Counted from the stretch's first letter, positions 19,548 through 29,915 are shown. The stretch is DNA of 64,000 nucleotides from Candidatus Saccharimonadota bacterium (GCA_027356105.1 DAIEGT010000001.1:61929-125928), one strand, 5' to 3'. Notes: generated by a model not told the origin, from the letters alone. Program-made: numbers and translations.

Positions 19548-19623
19548 GGTACACCCGACAGGATTCGAACCTGTGACCTCTGGCTCCGCAAGCCAACGCT
19601 CTATCCAGCTAAGCTACGGGTGC
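19548..19623 (-). tRNA. tRNA-Arg (anticodon GCG)
   Basis: Hand-folded 76-nt cloverleaf. Acceptor GCACCCG/CGGGUGU, D arm GCUU/GAGC with A20, anticodon stem UUGGC/GCCAG, loop UUGCGGA, T arm ACAGG-UUCGAAU-CCUGU, encoded CCA. Confidence 0.85.
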
Positions 19624-19672
19624 AAAACTATACAATTCACCTTAGTATTATATAGGATATACTAATATAAAT

Positions 19673-19765
<93 letters not shown>

Positions 19766-19773
19766 TATTTAGA

Positions 19774-19896
19774 TTACACCGCATCTTTAAGATTATTAAA
19801 TAGGACTTCACCTTTTTTAACTTCTAAATTTAATTTATCCAGTGCTGAAAATTTACCGTATCGTTTTGTTAATCCTTTGATTTCCACTATAGCCAT
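19774..19896 (-). pseudogene. truncated ABC-transporter ATPase N-terminal stub
   Basis: A 40-codon ORF behind a GAGGG SD translates [31 protein letters not shown], the canonical ABC ATPase N-terminus. It then diverges (LFNNLKDAV*) exactly where Walker A should start. Its stop lies 10 nt from the tRNA-Ser 3' end. Confidence 0.55.
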
Positions 19897-20032
19897 CACA
19901 CCCTCATTTCTTTATATGTTTCAACAATATCTGAAACTTTTGAAAATTACAATTTTAACGAAAGCGGCTTAACAATAAATTTAAAATGGAATTATAACCA
20001 ATTGATGGTTTTTCATAACTCACCATTACAAA

Positions 20033-21088
20033 TTATTTATGCTGTGACTTTCTTTCATTTAAACTGATAAAATTTTGTGAAGGTTGTGTTTTTGAGACCT
20101 CCTCTTTATTTATCTGTTTTTTGTGTTTTTTCTTTAAAAACTTACTAAAGTAAAGCACCGCTAATATTAGAAATATACCTACATAAATGTAGATATATTT
20201 ATTTAAGTTAGTTCTTAAATCATTCGAAAAGTAAGATATCATTTTAATAATATAGTCAGCGAATTGATTCTTAGAAATTGCCGATATATTTGATAAATTA
20301 TTGAATATTGGACTTATCACAAATTTACCTATTAAAATCACAATAACGGCAAATGCTAGTGAACGAAATAGGAATTTTATAAATCTAAATTTAAGACCAA
20401 ATATTAAAATCGAAAATAACACGATTCCGATTAATAAAAATATTAAATAATTAGGAAGATGCATTAAAAATTGGTAATAATTAGGTAAATTACTATATGA
20501 AACGTAATAAGGTATAGAAGAGTTAGATATACCAATAAACGAGCCTAAATTGTCCTGATTTAATGTTTGAAAGCTAGATAATGTCAGATTAGAATTTAGG
20601 GAGTCTGTAATGCTAATTGTACAATTTAATTCTGTAGTCTGTTGGTATAAGACTAATCGATTGCAATAGTCTTTAACTCCGGGTGTAGTTATTATTTGAT
20701 TAATCAAATTTGTCTTAAAATTTAATAAACTAATCTGAAAAACAGGTTTAGTAGTTTTACCTTCTAACCAGTTATAGTTTGCAGTAAGTACTTGGTTTTT
20801 AATTTGATTGAAATAGGTCAAACTAATAGATTGCTCTAATGCAGATTTAATCTCTTGGCTACTAGGTTTTACTATCTGTGTTAAACTGCTTGAACTTAAA
20901 CTATTTAAAATCTGTGAGGATAGATTATTGATTACGATCTGATAATCTCCAGCATTCGAAGACCAAGATGAGATTTTACTGGAATTACTTAAATCACTTT
21001 TAATTATCTGACTAATCGGCAATAAGAATAAAGCAACCGCGAAAATTAAACCAAAAATTATTGAATAAATCTTCCGGACTATATACAT
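20033..21088 (-). CDS. hypothetical polytopic membrane protein
   Basis: 351 aa with an N-terminal TM, a ~190 aa Ser/Asn-rich ectodomain and four C-terminal TM helices. Confidence 0.5.
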   Translation of the reverse strand: MYIVRKIYSIIFGLIFAVALFLLPISQIIKSDLSNSSKISSWSSNAGDYQIVINNLSSQILNSLSSSSLTQIVKPSSQEIKSALEQSISLTYFNQIKNQVLTANYNWLEGKTTKPVFQISLLNFKTNLINQIITTPGVKDYCNRLVLYQQTTELNCTISITDSLNSNLTLSSFQTLNQDNLGSFIGISNSSIPYYVSYSNLPNYYQFLMHLPNYLIFLLIGIVLFSILIFGLKFRFIKFLFRSLAFAVIVILIGKFVISPIFNNLSNISAISKNQFADYIIKMISYFSNDLRTNLNKYIYIYVGIFLILAVLYFSKFLKKKHKKQINKEEVSKTQPSQNFISLNERKSQHK

Positions 21089-21268
21089 GATTCTTTCTTT
21101 TTAAATAATAAGAGATTTAAAATCATCCTACTTAGACTATAATAAAAATATTAAGTTAAAGATAGCTTTAATCAGTAACTTATTGAATAAATCCTAACAT
21201 AAACGGTATTATATGGCTCTTTTACGGCTATAACAATTATAATAATCTAATCTACGGAGACTTATTTA

Positions 21269-21448
21269 ATGTCATCATTTTTTATTTCAGTTGTTTTAGC
21301 AATCGGAGCAGTAAGTTTTGTTTATAATAAACTTACAACTCGCAGAGGTATTGTAGGAAGTCAAATGATAAAACTACTAGTGTTAATATTTATAATCTCA
21401 TTGGTAGTTTGCTATACGATACTAAAATTTTTCTTAAAAATTAATTAA
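21269..21448 (+). CDS. small hypothetical membrane protein (59 aa)
   Basis: ATG is preceded by ACGGAGA. It translates MSSFFISVVLAIGAVSFVYNKLTTRRGIVGSQMIKLLVLIFIISLVVCYTILKFFLKIN, giving two hydrophobic helices. It falls below the ORF-track length cutoff. Confidence 0.35.
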   Translation: MSSFFISVVLAIGAVSFVYNKLTTRRGIVGSQMIKLLVLIFIISLVVCYTILKFFLKIN

Positions 21449-21507
21449 ATAGAGCGAAATTTAAGTTTTTTATTTAAAAAATCAGTAAAAATTGGTACTA
21501 TAAGGCT

Positions 21508-22368
21508 ATGGATGGTGGTAAGTCTCTATTGAACGAGAAAACATTGGGCAAAAAACTACAGCGAGCTCGACAAGAGGCTGGTTTAACCCAACAAGGTCTC
21601 TGCGCAAAAGCAAATTTAAGCTATTCGACTTTGGCAAAAATTGAACGTGGTGCTATCAAGGCACCTTCTATATTTACAATCGAAGCCATAGCTAACGCTA
21701 TTAATATAAGCTTAGATCAATTAGTCGGTCATCAAACTAATAAAATAAACTACAAACGAACCAAATCCGGCATAGAATTCATATATTTCGATTTAAACGG
21801 TTGTTTAATCAGATTTGCCGAAAGAGCATTTTCGCTAATCGCAAAAAACTACGCCATAAGCACTGATACGATAGAGGCAATCTTATGGCGAAACAACGAC
21901 GATTTGAATAGAGGTAAAATGTCCATCGATGAATTCGATAAGCTATTTAGTGAAAAATTAAATATACAACATTTTAGTTGGATTGATTATTATCTTAAAG
22001 CTATCGAAGCTGTCCCCTCTTTAATTAATCTGATGACCTGGGCGGCTGAAAACTATCATATTGGAATAATGACAAACAGTATGCCCGGAGTTTTCAATAA
22101 AGTTCTCGAGAGCGGTCTTATTCCAAAATTAAACTACGATGTTATTATTGACTCTTCTGAAACTGGATTTATTAAACCAGAACCAGAAGCTTACCAAATA
22201 GCCACTAGTCGAGCTGGGTTTCCTGAAGATAAAATTTTACTAATCGACGATACTAAAGCCAATCTTATTGCGGCTGAAAAACTAAACTGGAAAATCATGT
22301 GGTTTGACTACGCTAGACCAGAAGATTTATCAGCTGAAATTCGGTCCAACCTGGAACCAGCTAATTAA
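21508..22368 (+). CDS. XRE-family HTH domain fused to a HAD-like hydrolase domain
   Basis: 286 aa. The N-terminus has an HTH_3 pattern (LGKKLQRARQEAGLTQQGLCAKANLSYSTLAKIERG). The C-terminal part has HAD motifs I (YFDLNGCL), II (MTNS), III (IKPEPEAY) and IV (LIDDTKAN). Confidence 0.7.
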   Translation: MDGGKSLLNEKTLGKKLQRARQEAGLTQQGLCAKANLSYSTLAKIERGAIKAPSIFTIEAIANAINISLDQLVGHQTNKINYKRTKSGIEFIYFDLNGCLIRFAERAFSLIAKNYAISTDTIEAILWRNNDDLNRGKMSIDEFDKLFSEKLNIQHFSWIDYYLKAIEAVPSLINLMTWAAENYHIGIMTNSMPGVFNKVLESGLIPKLNYDVIIDSSETGFIKPEPEAYQIATSRAGFPEDKILLIDDTKANLIAAEKLNWKIMWFDYARPEDLSAEIRSNLEPAN

Positions 22369-25004
22369 TCAGAAAATCGTTTCTTTTCTTCTAGCAAATT
22401 ACCTAGGTACTTCAAGTTATTTTCTAAATCGGCTTTGGTTTGATCGATTAGATTTTTTGGTGCTTTATTCACATAGTCCTGATTATTTAAACGATTATTG
22501 AGTAAATCAATCGCTTTTTGAGATTGAGATATGAGATCATTCAACTTATTTAGGTAATTTAAAATGGTCGATTTATCTATATCAAGCCATGCTTTATAGG
22601 TTGTAGTGGTTAGGTAAAAGCCAGTACCCGATGTAACTTCTTCAACCCCCTCTAACTTAACTAACCTTTTAATAATTTCGCTGTTGTTTTTTATTGACTC
22701 ATTGACGGTGAAATAAAGTGTTAAATTAGTTAAATTAGTCTTTGTCACTATATCTCTAGCTTCTATGACAATATTTTTGATTTGTTCGAATGCTCTTACT
22801 TGATTCTGATTGCTTCTTGGTAATTCTTGATATTCTTGAAGAGCTAAAACGTTATCATTTTCAAGCTCAAGAGTCTGCCAGATTGCTTCAGTCACGAATG
22901 GTGCAAATGGATGCACTAATTTTAATATGCTCTTAAAAGAAGAAACCATGAATGACTTATTTGGATACTGTTTCAAAAACTCAATATACCAATCAGCATA
23001 ATCATTCCAGACTAATTTATAAACAACATCGTAGGCTTCAGAAAAGTTATAATTATCTAAAAGTTCAATAATCTGTGACTGAGCATGGTTAATTTTAGAT
23101 GCTATATAGTGATCAGCATCAGAGATTATTTCAACATTTTCCTTTTCTTCATCTACTCCGTTAAGAGTTCCTTCAATAAAACGAGCTATATTCCATAATT
23201 TATTACAGAAATTACGGCCAGCTTTTACCTTATCATCAGAGAAAATTTGATCATTCCCCGGACTAACACCGGTTATTAACGCCAATCTTAAAGAGTCGGC
23301 TCCGGTTTGATTAATAATATCAATCGGATTAATAATCGTTTCTGGTCTGGATTTACTCATTTTCTTACCATCACTTGTCCTAACAAGACCATGGAGGTAA
23401 ACCTTTTTAAACGGCACTTCACCTGTCATAAAGGTAGTTGATAATATCATCCTTGCTACCCAGAAAAAAATGATATCCCAACCAGTCTCTAAAATACTTG
23501 TTGGATGATATTTTTGAAAATCTAAACTTTCTTTCATCAAATCTTTGAAACTTAAACTGTAATCTAAGGCAATTTCGGGGTTAATTAAAGTCGAAAATGT
23601 CCAAAGTGAGCTACTAAACCAGGTGTCTAGAGTATCAGGGTCTTGCTGCCACTGTCTTAAGCCTTCACTTTCGTCAGTCGGGGGTGTTAATCCACAGTAG
23701 ATCTCTTCCCTACCATCAACATCTTGTCGGTACCAAACAGGTATCCGATGACCCCACCAAATTTGTCTTGATATACACCAATCCCTTAGATTATTTATCC
23801 AATTAAAATAAGTGCTTTCAAATCTAGATGGAATTATTTCTATATCTTTTTCAGTAATAACATCTGTTAAAATCTCTTTAAACGATCTTTCTCTTCCCTT
23901 CCACTCTACAACCGGTTTATTAACATCAACAAACCACTGCAATTTGATTTGAGGTTCTATAACTCCCCCGCCCCGAGAATTTATTGAAAGATTATGTTGA
24001 TGATTTTCATCTATCTTAATTACTAAATTTTTTGTTGTTAATTTATCAATTATTTTCGGACGAGCTTCCCTGATATTCATGCCAGAAAACTCACCACAAT
24101 TAGCTAATAGATTCCCGTGAAAGTCAATTATCTGTTCATAATCAAGATTATGTCTCTGAGCTATTTCAAAGTCGATTTCACTATGCCAAGGAGTGATAGT
24201 CATAACCCCAGTTCCAAACTCTGGATCGATTACATTATCTTTAATAACAGTGGCAGTAATTTGCCCATTAATCCATTCTGCTGTAAATTGATCACCGTGT
24301 TTATATTTCAAATATCTTTTGTCTTCTGGGTGCATTACAACATACTTATCACCAAATTTAGTCTCAGGTCTGGTAGTAGCAATTTCAAAAGGTCCAAATT
24401 TTAAATAATAAAGTTTAGTTGTCTCTAACTGATGTTCAACCTCATCATCTGAAACAGTTGTTTCTAAATTAGGATCCCAATTAACGATTCTAGCACCTCT
24501 GTAAATTAAACCTTTTTGATACATTGCCATAAAAGTCTCATTAACAATTCTAACTAAGGTGTCATCAAGTGTGTATCTTAATCTGCTCCAATCAGCACTG
24601 GCGCCCATGGCTCTCATTTGTGAAAGCATTGTGCCCCGACTACTAGCAACAAACAGTCGAGTACGACTGAGAAACTCTTCCCTGCCAATTTGATGTTTAT
24701 TTAGACCCTGTTCGCTTAATTGTTTTTCAATTAATGAATTTACGGCTAGAGCGGCATGATCTGTGCCTGGCAACCAAAGGACGTCCATCCCCTTTAACCG
24801 AGCATGCCTCGAGATTATATCCTGCAAAGTTAAAAATAAAGCATGGTGCACACCCAAGGTTCCAGTCTCATTAGGTGGTGGCATTGCCATTGAAAATTTA
24901 GGTTTATTTGATTCAGGATGTGCCTGAAAAACCTCTTTTTTCTCCCAAAGAGCGTAGATTAAATCTTCGAATTGACTAGCCTGATAAGTTTTTTCAAGTT
25001 TCAT
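22365..25004 (-). CDS. valS: valine--tRNA ligase
   Basis: 879 aa with PPPNETGTLGVHHAL (HIGH region), GTDHAALA, KMSKS (KKMSKS) and a C-terminal coiled coil. Confidence 0.95.
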   Translation of the reverse strand: MKLEKTYQASQFEDLIYALWEKKEVFQAHPESNKPKFSMAMPPPNETGTLGVHHALFLTLQDIISRHARLKGMDVLWLPGTDHAALAVNSLIEKQLSEQGLNKHQIGREEFLSRTRLFVASSRGTMLSQMRAMGASADWSRLRYTLDDTLVRIVNETFMAMYQKGLIYRGARIVNWDPNLETTVSDDEVEHQLETTKLYYLKFGPFEIATTRPETKFGDKYVVMHPEDKRYLKYKHGDQFTAEWINGQITATVIKDNVIDPEFGTGVMTITPWHSEIDFEIAQRHNLDYEQIIDFHGNLLANCGEFSGMNIREARPKIIDKLTTKNLVIKIDENHQHNLSINSRGGGVIEPQIKLQWFVDVNKPVVEWKGRERSFKEILTDVITEKDIEIIPSRFESTYFNWINNLRDWCISRQIWWGHRIPVWYRQDVDGREEIYCGLTPPTDESEGLRQWQQDPDTLDTWFSSSLWTFSTLINPEIALDYSLSFKDLMKESLDFQKYHPTSILETGWDIIFFWVARMILSTTFMTGEVPFKKVYLHGLVRTSDGKKMSKSRPETIINPIDIINQTGADSLRLALITGVSPGNDQIFSDDKVKAGRNFCNKLWNIARFIEGTLNGVDEEKENVEIISDADHYIASKINHAQSQIIELLDNYNFSEAYDVVYKLVWNDYADWYIEFLKQYPNKSFMVSSFKSILKLVHPFAPFVTEAIWQTLELENDNVLALQEYQELPRSNQNQVRAFEQIKNIVIEARDIVTKTNLTNLTLYFTVNESIKNNSEIIKRLVKLEGVEEVTSGTGFYLTTTTYKAWLDIDKSTILNYLNKLNDLISQSQKAIDLLNNRLNNQDYVNKAPKNLIDQTKADLENNLKYLGNLLEEKKRFSD

Positions 25005-25050
25005 TATATTTAATCATAACAATTTATAGACTTATGCCCAAAAATCTAAG

Positions 25051-26124
25051 TTACATCTTTAAATTTGGATATATATCAATATCATAAGGATTTACTGGTT
25101 TAACACCGTTGACTATTTGGTAATATCCCCTCGTAGCTATCATCGCAGCGTTATCGGTACATAATTTTATATCGGGAGTGAAAAATTTATCTTCCCCAGA
25201 TATATTTTGAATTTCTTGTCTCAATAAGCTATTAGCGGCGACTCCACCAGCCAACAAAACTGAACTTGGGTTATATTGATTAATCGCTAACTTAACCTTA
25301 TTAGCTATTGTTTTAACTATACTGGCCTGGAAGCTAGCAGCAATATTAGCTTTTTGAGTCATTTTGAGACGCTCAGAGACCTTAAAGGATGGAAAGTTGA
25401 AATCTTCCCCAATCTCCGCTTGAGCTAGTCTTAAAACGGCTGTTTTTGGCCCAGAAAATGAAAAATCATAGATATTATCTAACCTAGCTTCTGGTAAATG
25501 ATAAAAATTTGCGTCTCCTTCAAGTGCTAGACGAGAGACTGAAGGTCCGCCAGGATAGGGAAGCCCAATAATTTTAGCAACCTTATCAAAAGCTTCACCA
25601 ACTGCATCGTCTCTAGTTACTCCGAGTATTTTGTATTCTAAATGATTAAAAAAGACTACTAACTGACTATGACCACCTGATACTATAACGGCCAGAAGAG
25701 GGAATGACGGCACACTAGAATTCATTTTATAACCTTCAATTTTTGATTGGTTTAAAAAATTTGCGTAAACATGACCTATTACATGATTAACAGGGAAGAG
25801 TGGCTTATTATAGCTAATTGAAAGTGTTGAAGCCGTTAAAACACCAATCAAAAGACTACCACTTAAACCAGCGCCATTAGTTACGGCAATAGCATCAATT
25901 TCGTCCATTGTAGTTTTAGCTGTAGACAAGGATTGTTTAATTACCGGTAAAATTGACTCAATGTGGCTTCTAGCCGCAATTTCGGGTACTACACCACCGT
26001 ATTTAGCATGTAAATCCATACTACTTGCTATTTCATTACTAAGTAGAGTAGTGCCATCTTCAATAACGGCGGCCGCTGTTTCATCGCAACTAGTTTCAAT
26101 TCCCAAAATTTTCATCCAAATCAT
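25051..26124 (-). CDS. tsaD: tRNA N6-adenosine threonylcarbamoyltransferase
   Basis: 357 aa with MKILGIETSCDETAAAV and the metal-binding HVIGH motif. The real start is probably the second Met (26115). Confidence 0.9.
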   Translation of the reverse strand: MIWMKILGIETSCDETAAAVIEDGTTLLSNEIASSMDLHAKYGGVVPEIAARSHIESILPVIKQSLSTAKTTMDEIDAIAVTNGAGLSGSLLIGVLTASTLSISYNKPLFPVNHVIGHVYANFLNQSKIEGYKMNSSVPSFPLLAVIVSGGHSQLVVFFNHLEYKILGVTRDDAVGEAFDKVAKIIGLPYPGGPSVSRLALEGDANFYHLPEARLDNIYDFSFSGPKTAVLRLAQAEIGEDFNFPSFKVSERLKMTQKANIAASFQASIVKTIANKVKLAINQYNPSSVLLAGGVAANSLLRQEIQNISGEDKFFTPDIKLCTDNAAMIATRGYYQIVNGVKPVNPYDIDIYPNLKM

Positions 26125-26141
26125 AGTATACTGAAAAATAA

Positions 26142-27455
26142 ATGAATTTTCGAAAATTAGTTAAAAAGCTTATACCCAGGAATCTGTTTTGGAAAATTGA
26201 ACCGATTGGTCATTTTTTCGAAGCATTTATTGTTAATTTAATTAATTTTTTTCCAATGCGACAGGTTAAGGTTATCGGCGTAACTGGGACAAACGGCAAA
26301 ACGACCACAACTCTTTTGATTCATAATATGCTAAATAAAGCTGGCTATAAAGTTGGATTCAATTCAACAATTGGCTATGGCTATAAAGATGAATTTATCC
26401 CTCAAATACACCATATGACAAACGTCTCGACTAAGGAAATGATTTCTCGGGTAAAAAAAATGAAAAAACAGGGTATGGAATGGCTAGTTTTAGAAACCAC
26501 TTCTCACGCCTTAGCCCAGTACCGAGTTTGGGGTGTACCTTATTCGATAGCTGTCTTTACGAATTTAACACACGAGCACTTAGCTTATCATCGAACTTTT
26601 GAAAGATATCGTCAGGCTAAAGTTAAATTATTTAAAATGGCCAATCATAACAGACAAGGTCTACGGTTTGGTGTCATAAATTCAGATGATCAAAATAGCC
26701 CATATTTTGAAAAAAATATCAAAAATAACATTAAGTACGGCATGAAAAGTGGTGACTTGAAGCCTAGAAATGTTGATTTAAAACCAACTCAGCTTAGCTA
26801 TGACTCTTCATATGAAAATACAGATTATCACATAGTTTGCCAGATACCGGGCAGCTTTAATGTTTATAATTCATTAGCCGCTCTAGCGGTTGGTATTAAA
26901 TTGAATCTATCTAAAAAACAAATTGAGGATGGCATAAGTTCGTTAAGTTTCGTTGAAGGCCGAATGAATATAATTGATCAGGGCCAGCCCTTTACGGTTA
27001 TTGTCGATTATGCTCATTCTCCTGATAGTTTTGAAAAATTATTTAAAGATATTAAACCAATGGTTAAAAATAAACTGATTGTATTATTTGGATCTTTAGG
27101 CGGAGGGGATCTGGGCAAAAGAGGTATACAGGGTCAATTAGCTGGAAAATATGCCGATTACACCTTTGTCTGTCAGGAAGATGATCGACAAGAAGACGGT
27201 CTGAAGATTATGAATGATATTGCAATTGGGATAAAAAGTGAAGGTAAAAAAGAAAACCAAGATTTCTTTTTGATTCATGATCGACCAGAGGCAATATTAG
27301 CTGCCCTCAAAAAAGCTGAAAAAAATGATATTGTACTTTTCTTAGGCAAGGGGCATGAAAAAACCATGGAAGATAAAGATGGCGAACATCCTTGGAACGA
27401 AACTGAGGTTGTCGAAAAATGTCTAACAGAAATTGGCTACACGAAACACCGTTAG
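26142..27455 (+). CDS. murE: Mur ligase, MurE-like (UDP-MurNAc-L-Ala-D-Glu : diamino acid ligase) with short N-terminus
   Basis: 437 aa with GVTGTNGKTTT, LETTSHAL, FTNLTHEHLAYH, VDYAHSPDSFEKL and GKGHE. The P-loop lies at about residue 46 rather than about 110. Confidence 0.7.
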   Translation: MNFRKLVKKLIPRNLFWKIEPIGHFFEAFIVNLINFFPMRQVKVIGVTGTNGKTTTTLLIHNMLNKAGYKVGFNSTIGYGYKDEFIPQIHHMTNVSTKEMISRVKKMKKQGMEWLVLETTSHALAQYRVWGVPYSIAVFTNLTHEHLAYHRTFERYRQAKVKLFKMANHNRQGLRFGVINSDDQNSPYFEKNIKNNIKYGMKSGDLKPRNVDLKPTQLSYDSSYENTDYHIVCQIPGSFNVYNSLAALAVGIKLNLSKKQIEDGISSLSFVEGRMNIIDQGQPFTVIVDYAHSPDSFEKLFKDIKPMVKNKLIVLFGSLGGGDLGKRGIQGQLAGKYADYTFVCQEDDRQEDGLKIMNDIAIGIKSEGKKENQDFFLIHDRPEAILAALKKAEKNDIVLFLGKGHEKTMEDKDGEHPWNETEVVEKCLTEIGYTKHR

Positions 27456-28420
27456 GCGTTAATCTTATTTCTTTCCATATAACCTGTATACCAACTCAAA
27501 TTCTGACCTAAGAATTTTGCAATTAATTCAATTCCTAAATCAGCTGTCTTATAATTTACATCTTGGAGTGGATTGAATTCAACTACATCTACTCCTATAA
27601 CTCGACATTTCTGACCGATATATTCAGCAATCGTTGCAATTTCCCGATAAGTTAAACCTTTGGCATTTGGCATACCTGCTGCAGGCGCATAAATTTGATC
27701 GATGACATCTAAATCCAAACTAACCCAAACATTACTACTTATTTGGGAAATTTCATCAATCAACTTTAATAAGGGGGCTAAGTTATTACTTAATAGATCA
27801 AAAAGTGTAAAGGTTTTAATATTTAAACGAGAAATTAGATCTAATTCGGCTTGGTCCCAGTCGCTACCACCGATATGAAGTAGGTTATTTGGACTTAATT
27901 TTCGACCTTGACTATAGAGATTACTTAATCTTTCATCACCTAAACCTAGCAGGGAGGCGACATGCATTCCGTGGATATTACCACTTAAAGTAGTATCTTT
28001 AGTATTCATATCACCATGAGCATCCAAATAAATCATCACCAAATCTTGTTTAAGAGCCGCTGATGCACCAGATATTAGACCTAAATTAATCGAATGATCA
28101 CCACCGAGGGCGACAATTTTTTGACCTGATGAAATTATCGTATCAGTTAATTGAGCAACTTCTTGATTTACTCGAATTATTTCATCTGCATACCTTAAGC
28201 GTTCGTCTCCAATTTCAATATCTTTCCGTGGACGAACAATGATATCACCATGATCTTTTATCTCGAGACCAGCTGAAGAGAGTTTTTGAACTATATGTTG
28301 ATATCTAAAGGCCTGTGGACCGATATCAACACCTAAGTTTTCAGCACCTAGATCGAGTGGTATACCAATTAAATTAATCAAATTATCCATTATTAAAAGT
28401 TTATCACAGATATAAAACAA
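27452..28420 (-). CDS. ureohydrolase (arginase/agmatinase/formiminoglutamase family)
   Basis: 322 aa with Mn-binding motifs GGDHSI, DAHGD and SLDLDVID. The start is likely the internal MDNLINLIGIP. Confidence 0.8.
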   Translation of the reverse strand: MFYICDKLLIMDNLINLIGIPLDLGAENLGVDIGPQAFRYQHIVQKLSSAGLEIKDHGDIIVRPRKDIEIGDERLRYADEIIRVNQEVAQLTDTIISSGQKIVALGGDHSINLGLISGASAALKQDLVMIYLDAHGDMNTKDTTLSGNIHGMHVASLLGLGDERLSNLYSQGRKLSPNNLLHIGGSDWDQAELDLISRLNIKTFTLFDLLSNNLAPLLKLIDEISQISSNVWVSLDLDVIDQIYAPAAGMPNAKGLTYREIATIAEYIGQKCRVIGVDVVEFNPLQDVNYKTADLGIELIAKFLGQNLSWYTGYMERNKINA

Positions 28421-28476
28421 AAAATCATCAAGTTTAGATTTATTAAATATGTAAAATATAAAATAATTTTACGATA

Positions 28477-29915
28477 CTAAACTAACAAAAAATATTCTAA
28501 GGGCACTGTTATAAATTTTTGATTTTTATTAACATCTAACCTAGTTTGCGATACTATTAGCCCATATTTTGCCTTAACTTTTTGAAGACTATTAATTGCT
28601 TGCCTAAATCCTTTCTTACCCATACATACTTCTAAAATTATTTTTTGGCTATCGACCGATGGGAGCAAAATAAAGTCAGCTCCAGATTCTGCATTATCAT
28701 AAGTAAGAGATGCCCCCGGAATGTTACTATACAAATACGATAGCCCAACGCCAGTTACATCCTCAAGTAGCCGACCTTTATATTGATCGTACAGCTCTAC
28801 GCTGCCAATTAAGTTATAATACATCGCTCGATAAGTACTAGACGTAAATAAGTATTTTGAAGGTTTTTTTACTTGACTATAGTGAGCGCCGTACGGATAA
28901 ACACGTAATAACATTTCTGTTTTTTCTAAAGTATCAAGAGCCTGAATAACAGTTTTTGGATTAAGATTAAGGATACTGGCTAGCTTACCTACACTAACTA
29001 CATCGGCTCCTGCAATAGCATATAATAACTGACTTATCTTACTAAGTGTTGGCTTGTCAAAATTATTAAGTTCACTAACATCTTTATTTATTATGTTCTC
29101 AATCAGCCGTTGGATTTGCTGATAAATTAGCTGCTCATTAGATAGATTTAAAGCAAAAGGTAGGCTACCGTACTTTAGATATCGGTCAATTTCAAAATGG
29201 TCTATATCTTTCCAGTAATCAGTAACTAATCTTGTTTCTGCTTGAAGTTTTCTATAAACTTCCACTGCACTAGTCGATGAATAAAGAGCTGATCGAATTC
29301 GAGTATCAAGTCCTTCGGGAAGTTTTTTCTGAAATTTTGCATCGATATATTCACTAAACTTTAAGGGATAAAGCTTCTCTAACAACATCCGACGATCAAC
29401 ATCGGGATTAGTTTGTAGCGCAACAGCGGAGGAGCCTGTAACCATCACAAAAACATTCCTAGTTCTATCAAAGAGTGTCTTAACAGTTAAAGCCAAGGAT
29501 GATTGATACTGAGCCTCATCCAAAAATAAAAGAAGTGGGGAATCTAACTTTTCAAAGCTTTGTCCCATTAACTCTTCATAGGCCGAGAGTATGTCTGATA
29601 AGTTATAACCAAGGTCTGTCAATCGGTCTAGAGAAATATAGAGTTTATTTATTCCTTTTTTTGGTTATGGAAATAAATCTGAGCCATTAAAGTAGTTTTT
29701 CCGACACCCCTTAACCCGGCTACCGATATCCAACGTGGTTCGGTACGCTTTTCTAAGAATTCATCCAGGTATTTCGATAGCTTATTATAAAGATTTCTTC
29801 TAGGTAATTCTCGACCATGAAAATCATTAACTAAAGTCTTAAGCAATTCTTCTGATTGCGTCATCTGATTTCGTAAAAAGACTAATAATTGTGAATTTAT
29901 ATCATATTTATTCAT
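28477..29915 (-). pseudogene. AAA ATPase (DUF4143-type) split by a frameshift in an A7 run
   Basis: ORF 29649..29915 carries Walker A (GLRGVGKTT) and stops just after AAAAAAA (T-run 29656-29662 on +). ORF 28477..29622 carries Walker B (LLFLDEAQY) and the C-terminal domain. One extra A would give the continuous read ...FHNQKKGINKLYISLDRLTDLGYN... Confidence 0.65.

Noticed and set aside
22304-22501. 65-aa + strand ORF at the XRE-HAD / valS junction
   Set aside because: It is an out-of-frame overlap with two well-supported genes.
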